Below are positions 26,592 to 36,280 of a stretch of DNA of 64,000 bases, piece after piece. The DNA lies in the NCBI GenBank assembly GCA_964428355.1, contig CAYRYU010000026.1:11521-75520 (forward strand). The letters run 5' to 3'. Position 1 is the stretch's first letter, and each line of letters starts with the position of its first letter. Below the pieces are notes generated by a model. The model searched no databases and was not told the DNA's origin. It was given only the letters and a program-made list of their open reading frames with translations. This DNA is from an uncultured bacterium. GTDB lineage: Bacteria; Muiribacteriota; Ozemobacteria; Ozemobacterales; Ozemobacteraceae. The translations under genes were made by a program, and so were the position numbers.

Positions 26592-29374
26592 CCTACTTTA
26601 GAAAGGCCCAGAATTTTCTCCTGATCCTGGTTTTCTTCTTCCTTCCCTGCTTCGGGATCTTCCTTTCGTGGGAGGAGGATTTTCTTGCCGAGAGCCGCCA
26701 AATCGAGGACCGCCAGATGGAGGATTTCCGGCGAACCGCATGGCACGGTGCCTTCGTTCATCGACATGCCCCGATGGTCGCAAGACTCGGAAACGCCTTT
26801 TACAGCGGGATCCGGAAGGGAGACCCCTTCGCGTATGTGGCCTCGCTTCCATGGGATCTCCCCTCCTTCGCCAACCTCGAGATAGCCATCTTCCCAAGGG
26901 GCGGGAAACTGGTATCTCCCCCCGGGTCACCAGTGTCTTCGCGAAAAGTCTTTACGGTCCTCGCCAAGGACCTGGAGGACGGTCATCTTCAGGAAAAGAA
27001 CGTTCCCTGGGCCCAGTCAGCTGTTGGACCTTATCTTGCCCGGGACCTGGAATGGTTTCCGGGAGTGACGATTTCGAGACCGGATCCAAAGGGTGAGAAG
27101 TGGTTTTTCTGGAAGATCGACCCGGACGGAAAAGGAGTGATGATCCTCTCGCGCGGTGTGACCAGGCCTCTCGAACCTTGGAGGAAATGGCTCCGCCGAA
27201 GGAAAGGCAAGAGTCGGGATTATTGGCTCCTTGACCGGCGAAACGGGAAATGGATCGGGACCACGGCCCTTGATGAGGAATCCCGGGCGATCATCAGGAG
27301 AGCTCCCCGAACCGGCTGGGGAAAGGAGCGGAGCAGTAGCGATTCCCTCTATTTCACCGGAGTTCTGGGGAACGACCTTATGATGGTACTCCGCACGGTA
27401 GATCCTGACGTAGCCGCCAGGAAAAAGGCCGCCAGAGCCTGGGTCCTTCTGGGAATGCTGCTTCCGGCGTGTTGGATGGTTTCGCTCCGGGTCCACCTCC
27501 TCGAGTTGCCCCTGTTTTCACGGTTGGTAGCGATTTTCCTCTCCCTCACGCTCCTTCCGCTCTACCATCTTGGCCGCCTGGGAACCCGATGGAGTGAGGA
27601 CCGCCAACGCGAACTGCTCGATCGGCGCCAGGAAAGCAATCTCGAAACCTTGCGCAAAACCGATTCCCGCATTTCCGAGATCGTTTCCGACGAAATCAAC
27701 CTCGCAAAGGGACTCTGGAAAAGGATCGTCACCGAGAAACCCGATCCTGTGCGAAGGAAAGAAATGCTCGAAAAGGCCCGGGCGGGAGAACTGTTCCTCG
27801 TTTACCGTGTCATTTCAGGGGAAGGGGGAATCCTCGATCAGACCTCCGTAAGAAACGACCAGGGGGAGCTCCAGCTTTTTTTTGGACAGGAGATGCTGAG
27901 GCGCTACGGAATCCTGCATACACCAGGGCATTGGGCGATGACGGCAATCCTTCGCAGCCCGCTTTTCGGGTTTTCGGGACTCAGCGACCGGCGGGGAGAG
28001 GAAGTCCCCTGGCAGATGGACAATTCGTGGGCAGCAACCTCATTCTGGGATGTGGATCCCCACGCGACCGCAACGGAACCGGCTTTCTTCTTCTGGTTCT
28101 TTTCAATCGGAAGGATTCTTCCCGAACTTCTTCGCCGGTCCCCCCAAGGAATGTGGATTCAATCCCCCAACTATTGGACCCGTTGGGAACCCAACATCCC
28201 TCAGGTCCCATGCCCCGACGACCTTTTTGCGCAAAGCTGCATGGGAGGTGAACCCGCATCGAGAGTGGTCCGGCACCGGGGCCGGCCGTATCTTGTGACC
28301 CTCCTTCCGACTTCCCATCTGCTCTTCCGGACCACTGTCTTGATGACCATAGCCGACCTGGGTCCGGAGGCGGAAATGCTCCGGACCCAGTCACGGCTCC
28401 TGTGGTCTGGGGTTGTGACCAGTCTTCTTATCGTCGGCATACTTGCGCTGGTGATCAGCCGCTCCTTTCTCGTCCCGGTTCGCAGGATCTCCAACGGTAT
28501 CAGGACAATGGAAGAAGGCCGACTGGACGCGGCGATTCCCGATCTCGGACCCGACGAATTCGGTGAGCTCGGAAGGGCTTTCAACGACATGATGGCGGAA
28601 CTCGCCGAGCACGACCGGGCACGGACCGTACAAGACAGTCTGATTCCCGCCGTGCCACGAACCCTTCCAGGGTTCGAGGTCGCATTGCGCTACCAGCCTC
28701 TCCACGGTCTCTGCGGGGATTACACAGACACCCTCTGCCTGCCCGACGGGAAACTCCTCCTGGTATTGGGTGACGTCACGGGTCACGGTGTTTCCGCCGC
28801 ACTGATGGCTACCATGGCCAAGGCAATCTGCTCCCTGAGCGTTCTGGAGGGGCTCGATCTCGCCAGACTCTCCCAGCGTCTCAACCACGTGATCGCCATG
28901 GTGGGAAAGCGCAGGCAGATGATGACGATGTTCGCCGCGTGTCTGGATGCAGCGGCGGGAGACCTGGAATGGACCGGAGCAGGGGCTCCATTTCCCTTGA
29001 TGCGTCAAGGGGATGGAAGCGTGAAGTTCCTCGAACAGGTAGGATTCCCGCTCGGAAGTTCCGCCGCGAAACGCAACAAACCGGAAAAACTGGCTTTCCC
29101 TGATGGGGCGGCCCTCCTGATCTACTCGGACGGCCTGTACGAAGCCCTGGACGAGAGTCAGAACCCCTTCGGCTTCCCACGTCTGGAAGCCCTGCTCAAG
29201 GCCCGCGGATTCCTTCCTGCGGAAGGACTGGCCTCCGAACTGATGAATTGTCTGAGGAAACACCAGGGCCGGACGCCTCCCGCCGACGACACCACGATCC
29301 TGATTCTCCGCCGGGTTTCCAACCCGGTATCCCCGCATCCGGCTGTCGATTCCACAGTGCTTCCAGAGAAATGA
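26588..29374 (+). CDS. large membrane sensor phosphatase, HAMP + canonical PP2C/SpoIIE domain (RsbU-like)
   Basis: 928 aa. The TTG start overlaps the upstream stop (TTGA). HAMP domain (VPVRRISNGIRTMEEGRLDAAIPDLGPDEFGELGRAFNDM). SpoIIE motifs CGDYTD, LGDVTGHGVSAALMA, YSDGLYE and ADDTTILILRR. Confidence 0.9.
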   Translation: MTYFRKAQNFLLILVFFFLPCFGIFLSWEEDFLAESRQIEDRQMEDFRRTAWHGAFVHRHAPMVARLGNAFYSGIRKGDPFAYVASLPWDLPSFANLEIAIFPRGGKLVSPPGSPVSSRKVFTVLAKDLEDGHLQEKNVPWAQSAVGPYLARDLEWFPGVTISRPDPKGEKWFFWKIDPDGKGVMILSRGVTRPLEPWRKWLRRRKGKSRDYWLLDRRNGKWIGTTALDEESRAIIRRAPRTGWGKERSSSDSLYFTGVLGNDLMMVLRTVDPDVAARKKAARAWVLLGMLLPACWMVSLRVHLLELPLFSRLVAIFLSLTLLPLYHLGRLGTRWSEDRQRELLDRRQESNLETLRKTDSRISEIVSDEINLAKGLWKRIVTEKPDPVRRKEMLEKARAGELFLVYRVISGEGGILDQTSVRNDQGELQLFFGQEMLRRYGILHTPGHWAMTAILRSPLFGFSGLSDRRGEEVPWQMDNSWAATSFWDVDPHATATEPAFFFWFFSIGRILPELLRRSPQGMWIQSPNYWTRWEPNIPQVPCPDDLFAQSCMGGEPASRVVRHRGRPYLVTLLPTSHLLFRTTVLMTIADLGPEAEMLRTQSRLLWSGVVTSLLIVGILALVISRSFLVPVRRISNGIRTMEEGRLDAAIPDLGPDEFGELGRAFNDMMAELAEHDRARTVQDSLIPAVPRTLPGFEVALRYQPLHGLCGDYTDTLCLPDGKLLLVLGDVTGHGVSAALMATMAKAICSLSVLEGLDLARLSQRLNHVIAMVGKRRQMMTMFAACLDAAAGDLEWTGAGAPFPLMRQGDGSVKFLEQVGFPLGSSAAKRNKPEKLAFPDGAALLIYSDGLYEALDESQNPFGFPRLEALLKARGFLPAEGLASELMNCLRKHQGRTPPADDTTILILRRVSNPVSPHPAVDSTVLPEK

Positions 29375-29406
29375 ACCGCAACCGGCCCAGGGTGCTGGAC
29401 TTTCCC

Positions 29407-29727
29407 CTTCCTTGCTGTCAAAAACGGGGGAATGTCCTACCATCATTCGGGTGGAATATCTGCTGGAGGATTTCTTGAATCGAACGAAACGACGGGCGGC
29501 ACCCCTGAGGGAGTCGAGGCCTTTTCGGACTCGTTGTTCGGCTACCATCCGCTTCTTCTGGCTGCCGGCATCTTCTCGGCCATTCTCGGTCTCCAGCCGG
29601 TCGTAGGTCTTTCCCACCTGGTGAAGCTTCCGTAGTCAGGGATGTCGATCCTGGTACTTGGCCTGATCTTCCTCGGAATCACGCTCGCTTCGCGAAGATT
29701 GGCAGGAATCTGGCTCACTACCGGAAC
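29407..29727 (+). repeat. left copy of a 321-bp direct repeat (about 95 percent identical to 42241-42561)
   Basis: Base-by-base comparison with 42241-42561 shows about 15 mismatches and no indels. Similarity stops abruptly on both sides. Confidence 0.9.
29432..29635 (+). pseudogene. truncated duplicate of the 5' end of gene 42276-43610
   Basis: Encodes MSYHHSGGISAGGFLESNETTGGTPEGVEAFSDSLFGYHPLLLAAGIFSAILGLQPVVGLSHLVKLP then TAG, where the intact gene has TCG. Homology continues for 30 more codons and then ends. Confidence 0.8.
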
Positions 29728-30123
29728 AACTGGGAAGAAAACCTTGTTCGTCTCATGTCGTTCTGCACACCGTGATGATCCTCCCCAGCACTTTTCGGGA
29801 CACATTGGGCCCACTTCCTTGCCCCGAAAACCCAGAAATGGAAAGCAACATGATATCCTCTGCTGACGGCAGACCGAAGCGCTCCCTCTGAGAAATAGGG
29901 ATTCCCTTTCCGGAAGGGCGGACTTTCCCCAGGATATGGTCAGCGAGAAACTCCTCGATCATCACCCTCGATTTCCCCGCGATCAATCAGAGCCCAGGGA
30001 GCCCCTGAGTTACCGTGGCCTGTGATCGGATCCTGATCGCCCCACCCTCACGAAGCAATGCCCGCGTTCTGTGCTGGAAACTGAATCGGGGAAAGGAACC
30101 CCATTGAGGGCTGTAGCGGGAAG

Positions 30124-30882
30124 CTACTGCGCTGGTCTGGGGAACTGCGCTGCCAGATCTTGGAGGAACTTCCTCGACAGCGTGGAGCCACCGAGTCGTT
30201 GGGCTTTCGCAACCTTTTCCCAGGCACCAGCATAGTCCCGACGCAGAAACAACGCCACCGCCCAATTGGAATACAGGGGCTCGTAGCCAGGCTCGAGCTT
30301 CTCGGCCCGTCCGAAACACGTCAGGGCTTCCGCCATTGCGGTTTTCGCGGAGTTCTCCTCGCTCATGCCACCCGAAAGGATGGTCAGGGAAAAGCCGAGG
30401 TCGACCAACAATCTGGCATTGTCAGGCAACATTTCTGCCGCTTTCCGCAACATTTCCACTGACTTGTCGATGTTTCGCATGGCCCCACTGACCACCCCGA
30501 ATCCCCAGTAGACCCCGGGGTTCTGCGGATCCAGGAGCCAGGCCTGGTTGAAGCGCATCATCGCCGTTTCGGGATCGCGCTTCCCAAGGAAGGCTTGCCA
30601 TCCCTTTTTCACGAACTCCTCCGCCGCTTTTTCTCGGCCTCCTGCGATCCGGGTGGCTTCTGCGATGAAGCTGCTGTCCGCTTCGATCTGGGTTTCGCTC
30701 TTGGTCACCCCTCCGAACATGGGCAACAGGTTGGGATTCACAGCGGCTCCTCCTTCAACACGTGGTTGGGAAATTTTGTCCTGGTGAGTGTTTTCCAGAC
30801 GCCGGGAAAACGTTCCGGCCCCGGGGTCGGCATTTCCCACCGCTACCCATGGGAGACCCGCCAACAAAAGAATTTTCATCAA
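30124..30882 (-). CDS. secreted TPR-repeat protein
   Basis: Signal peptide MMKILLLAGLPWVAVGNA. TPR-like units (AMMRFNQAWLLDPQNPGVYWGFGVV; ALTCFGRAEKLEPGYEPLYSNWAVALFLRRDYAGAWEKV). Confidence 0.8.
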   Translation of the reverse strand: MMKILLLAGLPWVAVGNADPGAGTFSRRLENTHQDKISQPRVEGGAAVNPNLLPMFGGVTKSETQIEADSSFIAEATRIAGGREKAAEEFVKKGWQAFLGKRDPETAMMRFNQAWLLDPQNPGVYWGFGVVSGAMRNIDKSVEMLRKAAEMLPDNARLLVDLGFSLTILSGGMSEENSAKTAMAEALTCFGRAEKLEPGYEPLYSNWAVALFLRRDYAGAWEKVAKAQRLGGSTLSRKFLQDLAAQFPRPAQ

Positions 30883-31009
30883 ACTCGTACTCTTCGTAAT
30901 TCATCACCTCCGGTTGGTTTCCGTCCTTGAAAACCACAGGGTTTGCCGCTGAGGTTGGTCCAGAAAATTTGACACCAAAGCTCCGATATGTTGAAAGAGC
31001 GGAGGTGCT

Positions 31010-31046
31010 CTTTGAATTGGGCCCCGCGAAGGGGCCCAATTCAAAG
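31010..31046. other. perfect 16-bp hairpin with 5-nt loop (terminator-like, no U-tract)
   Basis: CTTTGAATTGGGCCCC GCGAA GGGGCCCAATTCAAAG. Located about 170 nt downstream of the minus-strand gene ending at 31214. Confidence 0.4.
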
Positions 31047-31213
31047 GAATTCAGGAACAAGCGAGAAGTCCAAGAACCAGAAAGACCCAAACTCCTTCCT
31101 CCAATCCCACATCCGCCATGTTCTCCGGGAATCACCATACTCTCCAGAAATACACCCTCCTTAACGGGCTTGCAAGGAAAACGAAACCCGATCTTGTCCT
31201 TTCACCAACCGCT

Positions 31214-31909
31214 TCAGAGAAGCAGAAAAAACAGTCCGAGCAGGAACTCGTGCTTTTCCAGCCAACCATACAGAGGCGTGTCCGGGTGATCCAATTCCGA
31301 AGGCTGAAAGTCGATGAAGAATTCGTCGGGATCACACCCTGTTTCTTCACATCTGGCCCCAAACTTATTTTCGGCGGTTACGCCGGGATACTGGCCCACT
31401 TTCGGACCCCCGACATACCCATGGAGGGCGCAGATGATTCTCCCCGTGCCCGTAAGGGAATCGGGCCCCCCGTAGTATTCACACCCCATGCTGGGTTTCT
31501 GGATCTCCGTCTTGAGATACTGCTCCTTTACCAACCGTGAAATGTCGATTTCAAGAGTCTCCGGGGCGCGGGCCATCATCTGCGCGTGATCCATGTCGTA
31601 CATATCCAATACTCCCAGAATGGCCCTCATGTTCGCGAAGGATGCAACGAACCCGTGGGGGGGGACCGAAAACCTGTAGATTCCCTCGATCTGCCTGGGA
31701 TTCGGACTTTGGAACTCATCCTCCACGTCGAGAAGCCCTACTCCCTCTTCGATCGAGATCGCAACCTTTCCCTCCTTCAAGAACGGCTCCACGAGCCAGG
31801 AGAATCGTTACGACAAACGCATTTCCCCGTTTCCCCGAACGGAGGGAACTGCCAGAATCATGAACAGGGCGAGGGAAACGCATAATCTCCGAAGTCTCCG
31901 CGCGTTCAT
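31214..31909 (-). pseudogene. secreted hypothetical protein interrupted by an in-frame TAA
   Basis: ATG at 31909 opens the signal peptide MNARRLRRLCVSLALFMILAVPSVRGNGEMRLS. A TAA follows at 31810-31808. The same frame then continues RFSWLVEPFLKEGKVAISIEEG... for 192 more codons (track ORF 31214-31792, GTG start). Confidence 0.55.
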
Positions 31910-31928
31910 CGTTGCACCTCCCTCTCCG

Positions 31929-32291
31929 TCACGATTCTCCGCTCGAGGCGTGGGCGCCCATTCTTCCGGTGGACGGGACCGGAAAACCACCTCCCCCGGG
32001 GAAATCGCACCTTCGGACCGAGACGACGGATGAAAGCCCGGTTCGGCCCGTGATGGAAGCCAGTTTCCCGGGAGGAACATCGAGGAGGGGACTCGTCAGG
32101 GCGTCTTCAACCTGCTTCAGTTCGGAAACTGAAGAAAGAGAGGATTCCTGATCTTTCCAGGAATTGTCGCGGATCGCGGCGATCCAATCACCCTGGGAAT
32201 CGTCCGGGGCCCCAAGGAACACCCCTCGCGTGAAAGCCACCGTCAGAATGGCCAGAATGGCATATCGGAGCCAGTTCCTCCCGCTTCCCAT
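31929..32291 (-). CDS. small membrane-anchored hypothetical protein
   Basis: 120 aa with TM helix WLRYAILAILTVAFTRGVFLG. Ends 20 nt before the next minus-strand start. No recognisable domain. Confidence 0.4.
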   Translation of the reverse strand: MGSGRNWLRYAILAILTVAFTRGVFLGAPDDSQGDWIAAIRDNSWKDQESSLSSVSELKQVEDALTSPLLDVPPGKLASITGRTGLSSVVSVRRCDFPGGGGFPVPSTGRMGAHASSGES

Positions 32292-32726
32292 GCCGTTGCT
32301 CCCCTTTCGAGAACGCGTGTCTGATCATCATCCGGATCACCCATGGTCAAAAATGCACCACCCCAAGGGGGTGGGCAAATTCGATGCGGTAAGTACCGGA
32401 AATCCCTCCGACATTTGGGAAATGTGGACCCATCGCAATTTCCCCGTTCAGCGGATAGGGCCACACCTTTCCGTGTGCGTCGGTTTTGTCCCAACCTCAG
32501 GCTTTCTCCGGAAGGAATTGAACATCTTGACACACATCCGAAAATGAGACTGGAAATGTGGAATCCATTAACTGCCAGGTCGAGAATTTGAAGGACGACA
32601 TGGCCCCTGGCTTGTCATACGCAGATGTGCAGCAGATGTTCCGGTTGACAGAAGATTTCGTTGGTGATAGCTTCTTGAGGAAGCCGGGACGGGCCTGATT
32701 CCGCCCATCCCCTCCCCAAAAAAGCG

Positions 32727-33977
32727 ATGCAAAAACGAGTCATCCCATGGGTTCTTGTACTCTTGTGTTTTTCTGGCACCGGGAGGGCAGGGGACATCCG
32801 GTTCTGGGATGTGCAGCGCAAGGGTGCGAACTTCTTCCCCAACAACCCGCGGGCAGAACGTTTCCAGGATGCTGCCAGGGCCGGGATCGTGATCGCACGC
32901 CTGGCCGTCAACAAATGGCTCAACGGAAGGCCCCCCGCAGAGCTTGGGGATTTCCTTCTAGGCCCGAAGGATCGGTATTCCGGGATCGTCGGAAAGGACC
33001 TCGCGTATCTTGTGAAGGTTCTGGACGATGCCGATCGGGCGGGGTTGAAAGTCGTTCTCACGATGTTGAGCCTGCCAGGTTCCCGATGGCTGCAGCACAA
33101 TCGCGTGAACGGGAAGTGCATCCAACAATTCGACCTGTGGAAGGATTTCACCTTTCATCGCCAGGCCGCCAGTTTCTGGCGGGAGCTGGCATCCGCGTTG
33201 AAAGACCATCCCGCGGTCGTGGGATACAACATTCTGAATGAGCCCTGCCCTGAGCGGGCCACCGCGGTAAGACTGCGGGACTGGTACACGATGGATTACG
33301 GGAAATGGTACCAACAGGTGAAAGGCACTCCTGCGGATCTCAATCTGTTCTACAAAACGGTCATCCAGGCCATCCGCGAGGTGGACCAGGAAACCCCGGT
33401 GGTTCTGGATTCAGGATTCTATGCCAATCCGTATGCCTTTCAGGTTATCGACCCGGCCATCATCCAGGATGCAAACGTTCTTTACTCCATTCACACCTAT
33501 GAGCCCTCGCACTTCGCGACGGGCGAAAAGCCAGGCAAGTTCAGGTATCCCGGGGACATTCCAACCGGTGAGCTGGATGGCCCCAACGATGATGACGCCC
33601 AGCCTCCTTTTGCACCCATCGAACACTGGGATCGGGGAAAGTTTACCCGGTACTTCAAGGTGGTCACAGACTGGATGAGCAGGAACCATGTTCCCCCAAA
33701 CAGGATCTACCTTGCAGAGTTCGGAGCGGACCGGGAGGCCCTGGGGGTGGTGGATTTCTTCAGGGACAGTATCGGTTTCTTCAACTCCCAGGGGTGGCAC
33801 TGGTCATTCTATTCCTATCGAGAGGACGACGGCTTTCCCAAGATGGATTATGAACTGGGAACGGGCCCCCTTCCGGAAGGCTACTGGAAGAGCTCGGAAG
33901 AATACTCCTGTGGAAGATCCGGTTTGTATCCCATTTTGAATCCGCTTTGGCAGGTCATCCAAAACGGACTGAGGTAG
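32727..33977 (+). CDS. secreted glycoside hydrolase family 5 (cellulase-type) enzyme
   Basis: Signal peptide MQKRVIPWVLVLLCFSGTGRA. GH5 acid/base block VVGYNILNEP, the HTYEP block and the nucleophile block IYLAEFGA. Confidence 0.88.
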   Translation: MQKRVIPWVLVLLCFSGTGRAGDIRFWDVQRKGANFFPNNPRAERFQDAARAGIVIARLAVNKWLNGRPPAELGDFLLGPKDRYSGIVGKDLAYLVKVLDDADRAGLKVVLTMLSLPGSRWLQHNRVNGKCIQQFDLWKDFTFHRQAASFWRELASALKDHPAVVGYNILNEPCPERATAVRLRDWYTMDYGKWYQQVKGTPADLNLFYKTVIQAIREVDQETPVVLDSGFYANPYAFQVIDPAIIQDANVLYSIHTYEPSHFATGEKPGKFRYPGDIPTGELDGPNDDDAQPPFAPIEHWDRGKFTRYFKVVTDWMSRNHVPPNRIYLAEFGADREALGVVDFFRDSIGFFNSQGWHWSFYSYREDDGFPKMDYELGTGPLPEGYWKSSEEYSCGRSGLYPILNPLWQVIQNGLR

Positions 33978-33985
33978 ATACGGGG

Positions 33986-35032
33986 TTAAGAATGTTGTAA
34001 TCCTCGGGTATGATCTCGGGAGGGGCTTTCATGAGAAAGTGGTTCAATCCAGGGAAGAGCATGAAAGTTGATTCCGGTATCAGGGGGCGGGGAATCTGAT
34101 CCACTTTGGTGTCCTGCCCACCCTCGCCCCGCTGAGGGATTCCCTTGGGGAACGTCTGGTTGGGGAAATGAGGCTCCTCCCATGATCACGAACCCTGCAC
34201 TTTCCGGGCAGTAATCGGACAACACCGGAATGAGCTTTCCCCCCATTCCATGACCGGCTACAAAGATCCTTTTTGAGCCGATATCCTAACGGTTCCGGAG
34301 AATCCGGATGGCCGCGGAGGCTTTGCCGAAAAGAACATCCTGGGGAGGGAAGCGGAGTCCGCTCCTTTTTCACTGATCAAAATAGGTGGTAATCTGCATT
34401 TCGTAGCGGATTACTGCGATTCCCGACCAGCCAGCCCAAGCGCCAGATCGCTGAACGGTTTGTTGGATCCAATGGTTGAATCCCGATCCAGCAAGGCTCC
34501 ACCGCCGGGAACAAGGATGACTGCGGGAATGGGTCCCTTCCCCCTGGGGATCGTCAGGGTTGTCGGAACATTCCGTCCATGGTTGTCGAAATCCGCTGCT
34601 TCTTCAAAGAAGTTCTCTTCATTCGCGTACGACGGACAGTTCGAGGTATTTCTGGAGTGGGGCGGATCGATCGAAAACTCCCCAATCTGTTTGCTCCCAT
34701 CGAAGACCATTCTCACATCCACATCGAGTTGTACAAACTGCTGGGAATAAGTATCACGTTTTTTCCGGGAGATTTTTCTGAATAGGTCTGACCTCGCCCG
34801 CTGAACTTTCCACCCTTCTCCTGAATGAGATTCCAGATCTCCTTGAGCCGCTCGGGAGTGCATTCTTGGGCGGCTTTGTGGGTGAAAAAAAAATCGCGGG
34901 GAAAGCAAGATCACCTTTGGCCAGCGCATCGACGATCTTTTCGGCGGATCTCTCCAGAGGTTCTTCGTTCTGGTTCTGAGCACTCAGGGGAATTCCAGGC
35001 AACATAGCGAAAACCAGGCATCCGAAAAGCAT
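33986..35032 (-). pseudogene. decayed alpha/beta hydrolase (DUF3887-like N-domain + hydrolase) with multiple frameshifts and an in-frame stop
   Basis: Homology jumps between all three minus frames. Order of pieces: signal peptide and MLFGCLVFAMLPGIPLSAQ...AKGDLAFPAIFF; then FTHKAAQECTPERLKEIWNLIQEKGGKF; then KGPIPAVILVPGGGALLDRDSTIGSNKPFSDLALGLAGR; then GIAVIRYE; then SAAIRILRNR-TAG-DIGSKRIFVAGHGMGGKLIPV...; then FMLFPGLNHFLM. The nucleophile elbow reads GHGMGG rather than GHSMGG. Confidence 0.7.
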
Positions 35033-35490
35033 CTAAATCAACGTCAATCTTCGACCTTCTTCTCCCTAATCGCTTCAAACCTGCTTTCCCGAAGGACCAC
35101 CCGAGAGACAAAAATACCATATTGGGAGCAACCTTCCGATCCGGACGGGCCACTCCCCTTCCGGGCAGGAACAACGACGCATTTCAATTCGGGAGCCTAT
35201 TGTGACGTGTCGGTCATTGATCAGTATTGCTGGTATGATTTAAACAATGGCTAAAAAAACCATCCCGTCGGCGAGATTCTTCCCAGCGCATTGGGCCTGT
35301 GCGACATGGGCGGCAACCATCTTCCCGATTTTCCCCCCAGACCTGGACATAGGTTTGGCGGAAGACCGACCCCGGGACCTCCCGGCCTTTCGGGCAATGA
35401 TCCGGCAGGGAACCGCCCCCGATGGAAACATGGTGACCGCCCTGCGGTTGTTCAACGAGTACTCGTTCGACATTTCCCGGGAAGGCGCGA

Positions 35491-36237
35491 GTGGGGAGCA
35501 GGAGGCTGTCGGTGGAAATCAGCCGCAAGCGGCTGAACCTGATGGTGGTGCTGGACCACTCGAGTTCGATGAATGAAGAAGCCAGACCTCCGGACTTTGG
35601 AGGAGGCGCGGAAAGTGGTGCGGGGAAGAGGCCCCCGGAAGAGGGGAAGAAGGCGACCAGGATCGAGGTGGCGGCTGAAGCTGTTATCACCCTGCTCGAT
35701 CATCTGAAACCCCAGGACCGTTTTGGCCTTGTGATGTTCGATTACCGGGCCTTCCCGGTCATCAATTCGCAGGAAGTGGGGGGGCTGAACCTCGAAGCCC
35801 TGCGATTTCACCTGCGCAACCTCCGGCCCCGACATCCAACGAGTATCGGGCAGGGCCTCGGCTTCGGTGTCAGATTGCTCTCACTTCTGGAGATGGAGAA
35901 TCCCACCACCGATGAAGAGTATCGGGTCGTTCTCCTGACGAACGATCTCCCGATCGCCTTCCACAAGGCCAACCGCGACGACCTGATCCTCGAGGCCAGC
36001 CGCGCTTCTCCCCTCGGGATCCATTCGACCGTCATCGGAATCGGGGAGGTCTTTCCGATCGAGATCGCCGAAATCCTCTCCCGGATCCCCGGAGCAAGTC
36101 ACCTGGCCATCTCCACCACGCAGGATGCAAGGAGACTTCTGGCAAGCCAGGCCGATCTGGTCGGGGACCGTATCCTGACCCGGGAGGTCGAACTGTTCGA
36201 CAACATCTTGCGGGAATCCTCAGCTCCCGATCGGTGA
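35491..36237 (+). CDS. von Willebrand factor A (VWA) domain protein, possibly the 3' part of a frameshifted gene starting at 35247
   Basis: MIDAS motif in LNLMVVLDHSSSM, plus later VWA blocks (DRFGLVMFDYRAF; TSIGQGL; RVVLLTNDLP). The overlapping ORF 35247-35576 in another frame ends with NMVTALRLFNEYSFDISREG, which resembles the N-terminal region of YfbK-type VWA proteins. Confidence 0.75.
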   Translation: MGSRRLSVEISRKRLNLMVVLDHSSSMNEEARPPDFGGGAESGAGKRPPEEGKKATRIEVAAEAVITLLDHLKPQDRFGLVMFDYRAFPVINSQEVGGLNLEALRFHLRNLRPRHPTSIGQGLGFGVRLLSLLEMENPTTDEEYRVVLLTNDLPIAFHKANRDDLILEASRASPLGIHSTVIGIGEVFPIEIAEILSRIPGASHLAISTTQDARRLLASQADLVGDRILTREVELFDNILRESSAPDR

Positions 36238-36280
36238 CCAGAAGCGGAGTTGGAGAAACTCTCCGCCCCCCGGCGCAAAT

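Noticed and set aside
28391-29617. 408-aa minus-strand ORF whose N-terminus (MGKTYDRLETENGREDAGSQKKRMVAEQRVRKGL...) recurs in ORF 41670-42461
   Set aside because: The shared N-termini are the antisense reading of the 321-bp direct repeat. The rest is antisense to the canonical PP2C gene. This is not evidence of a real duplicated protein.
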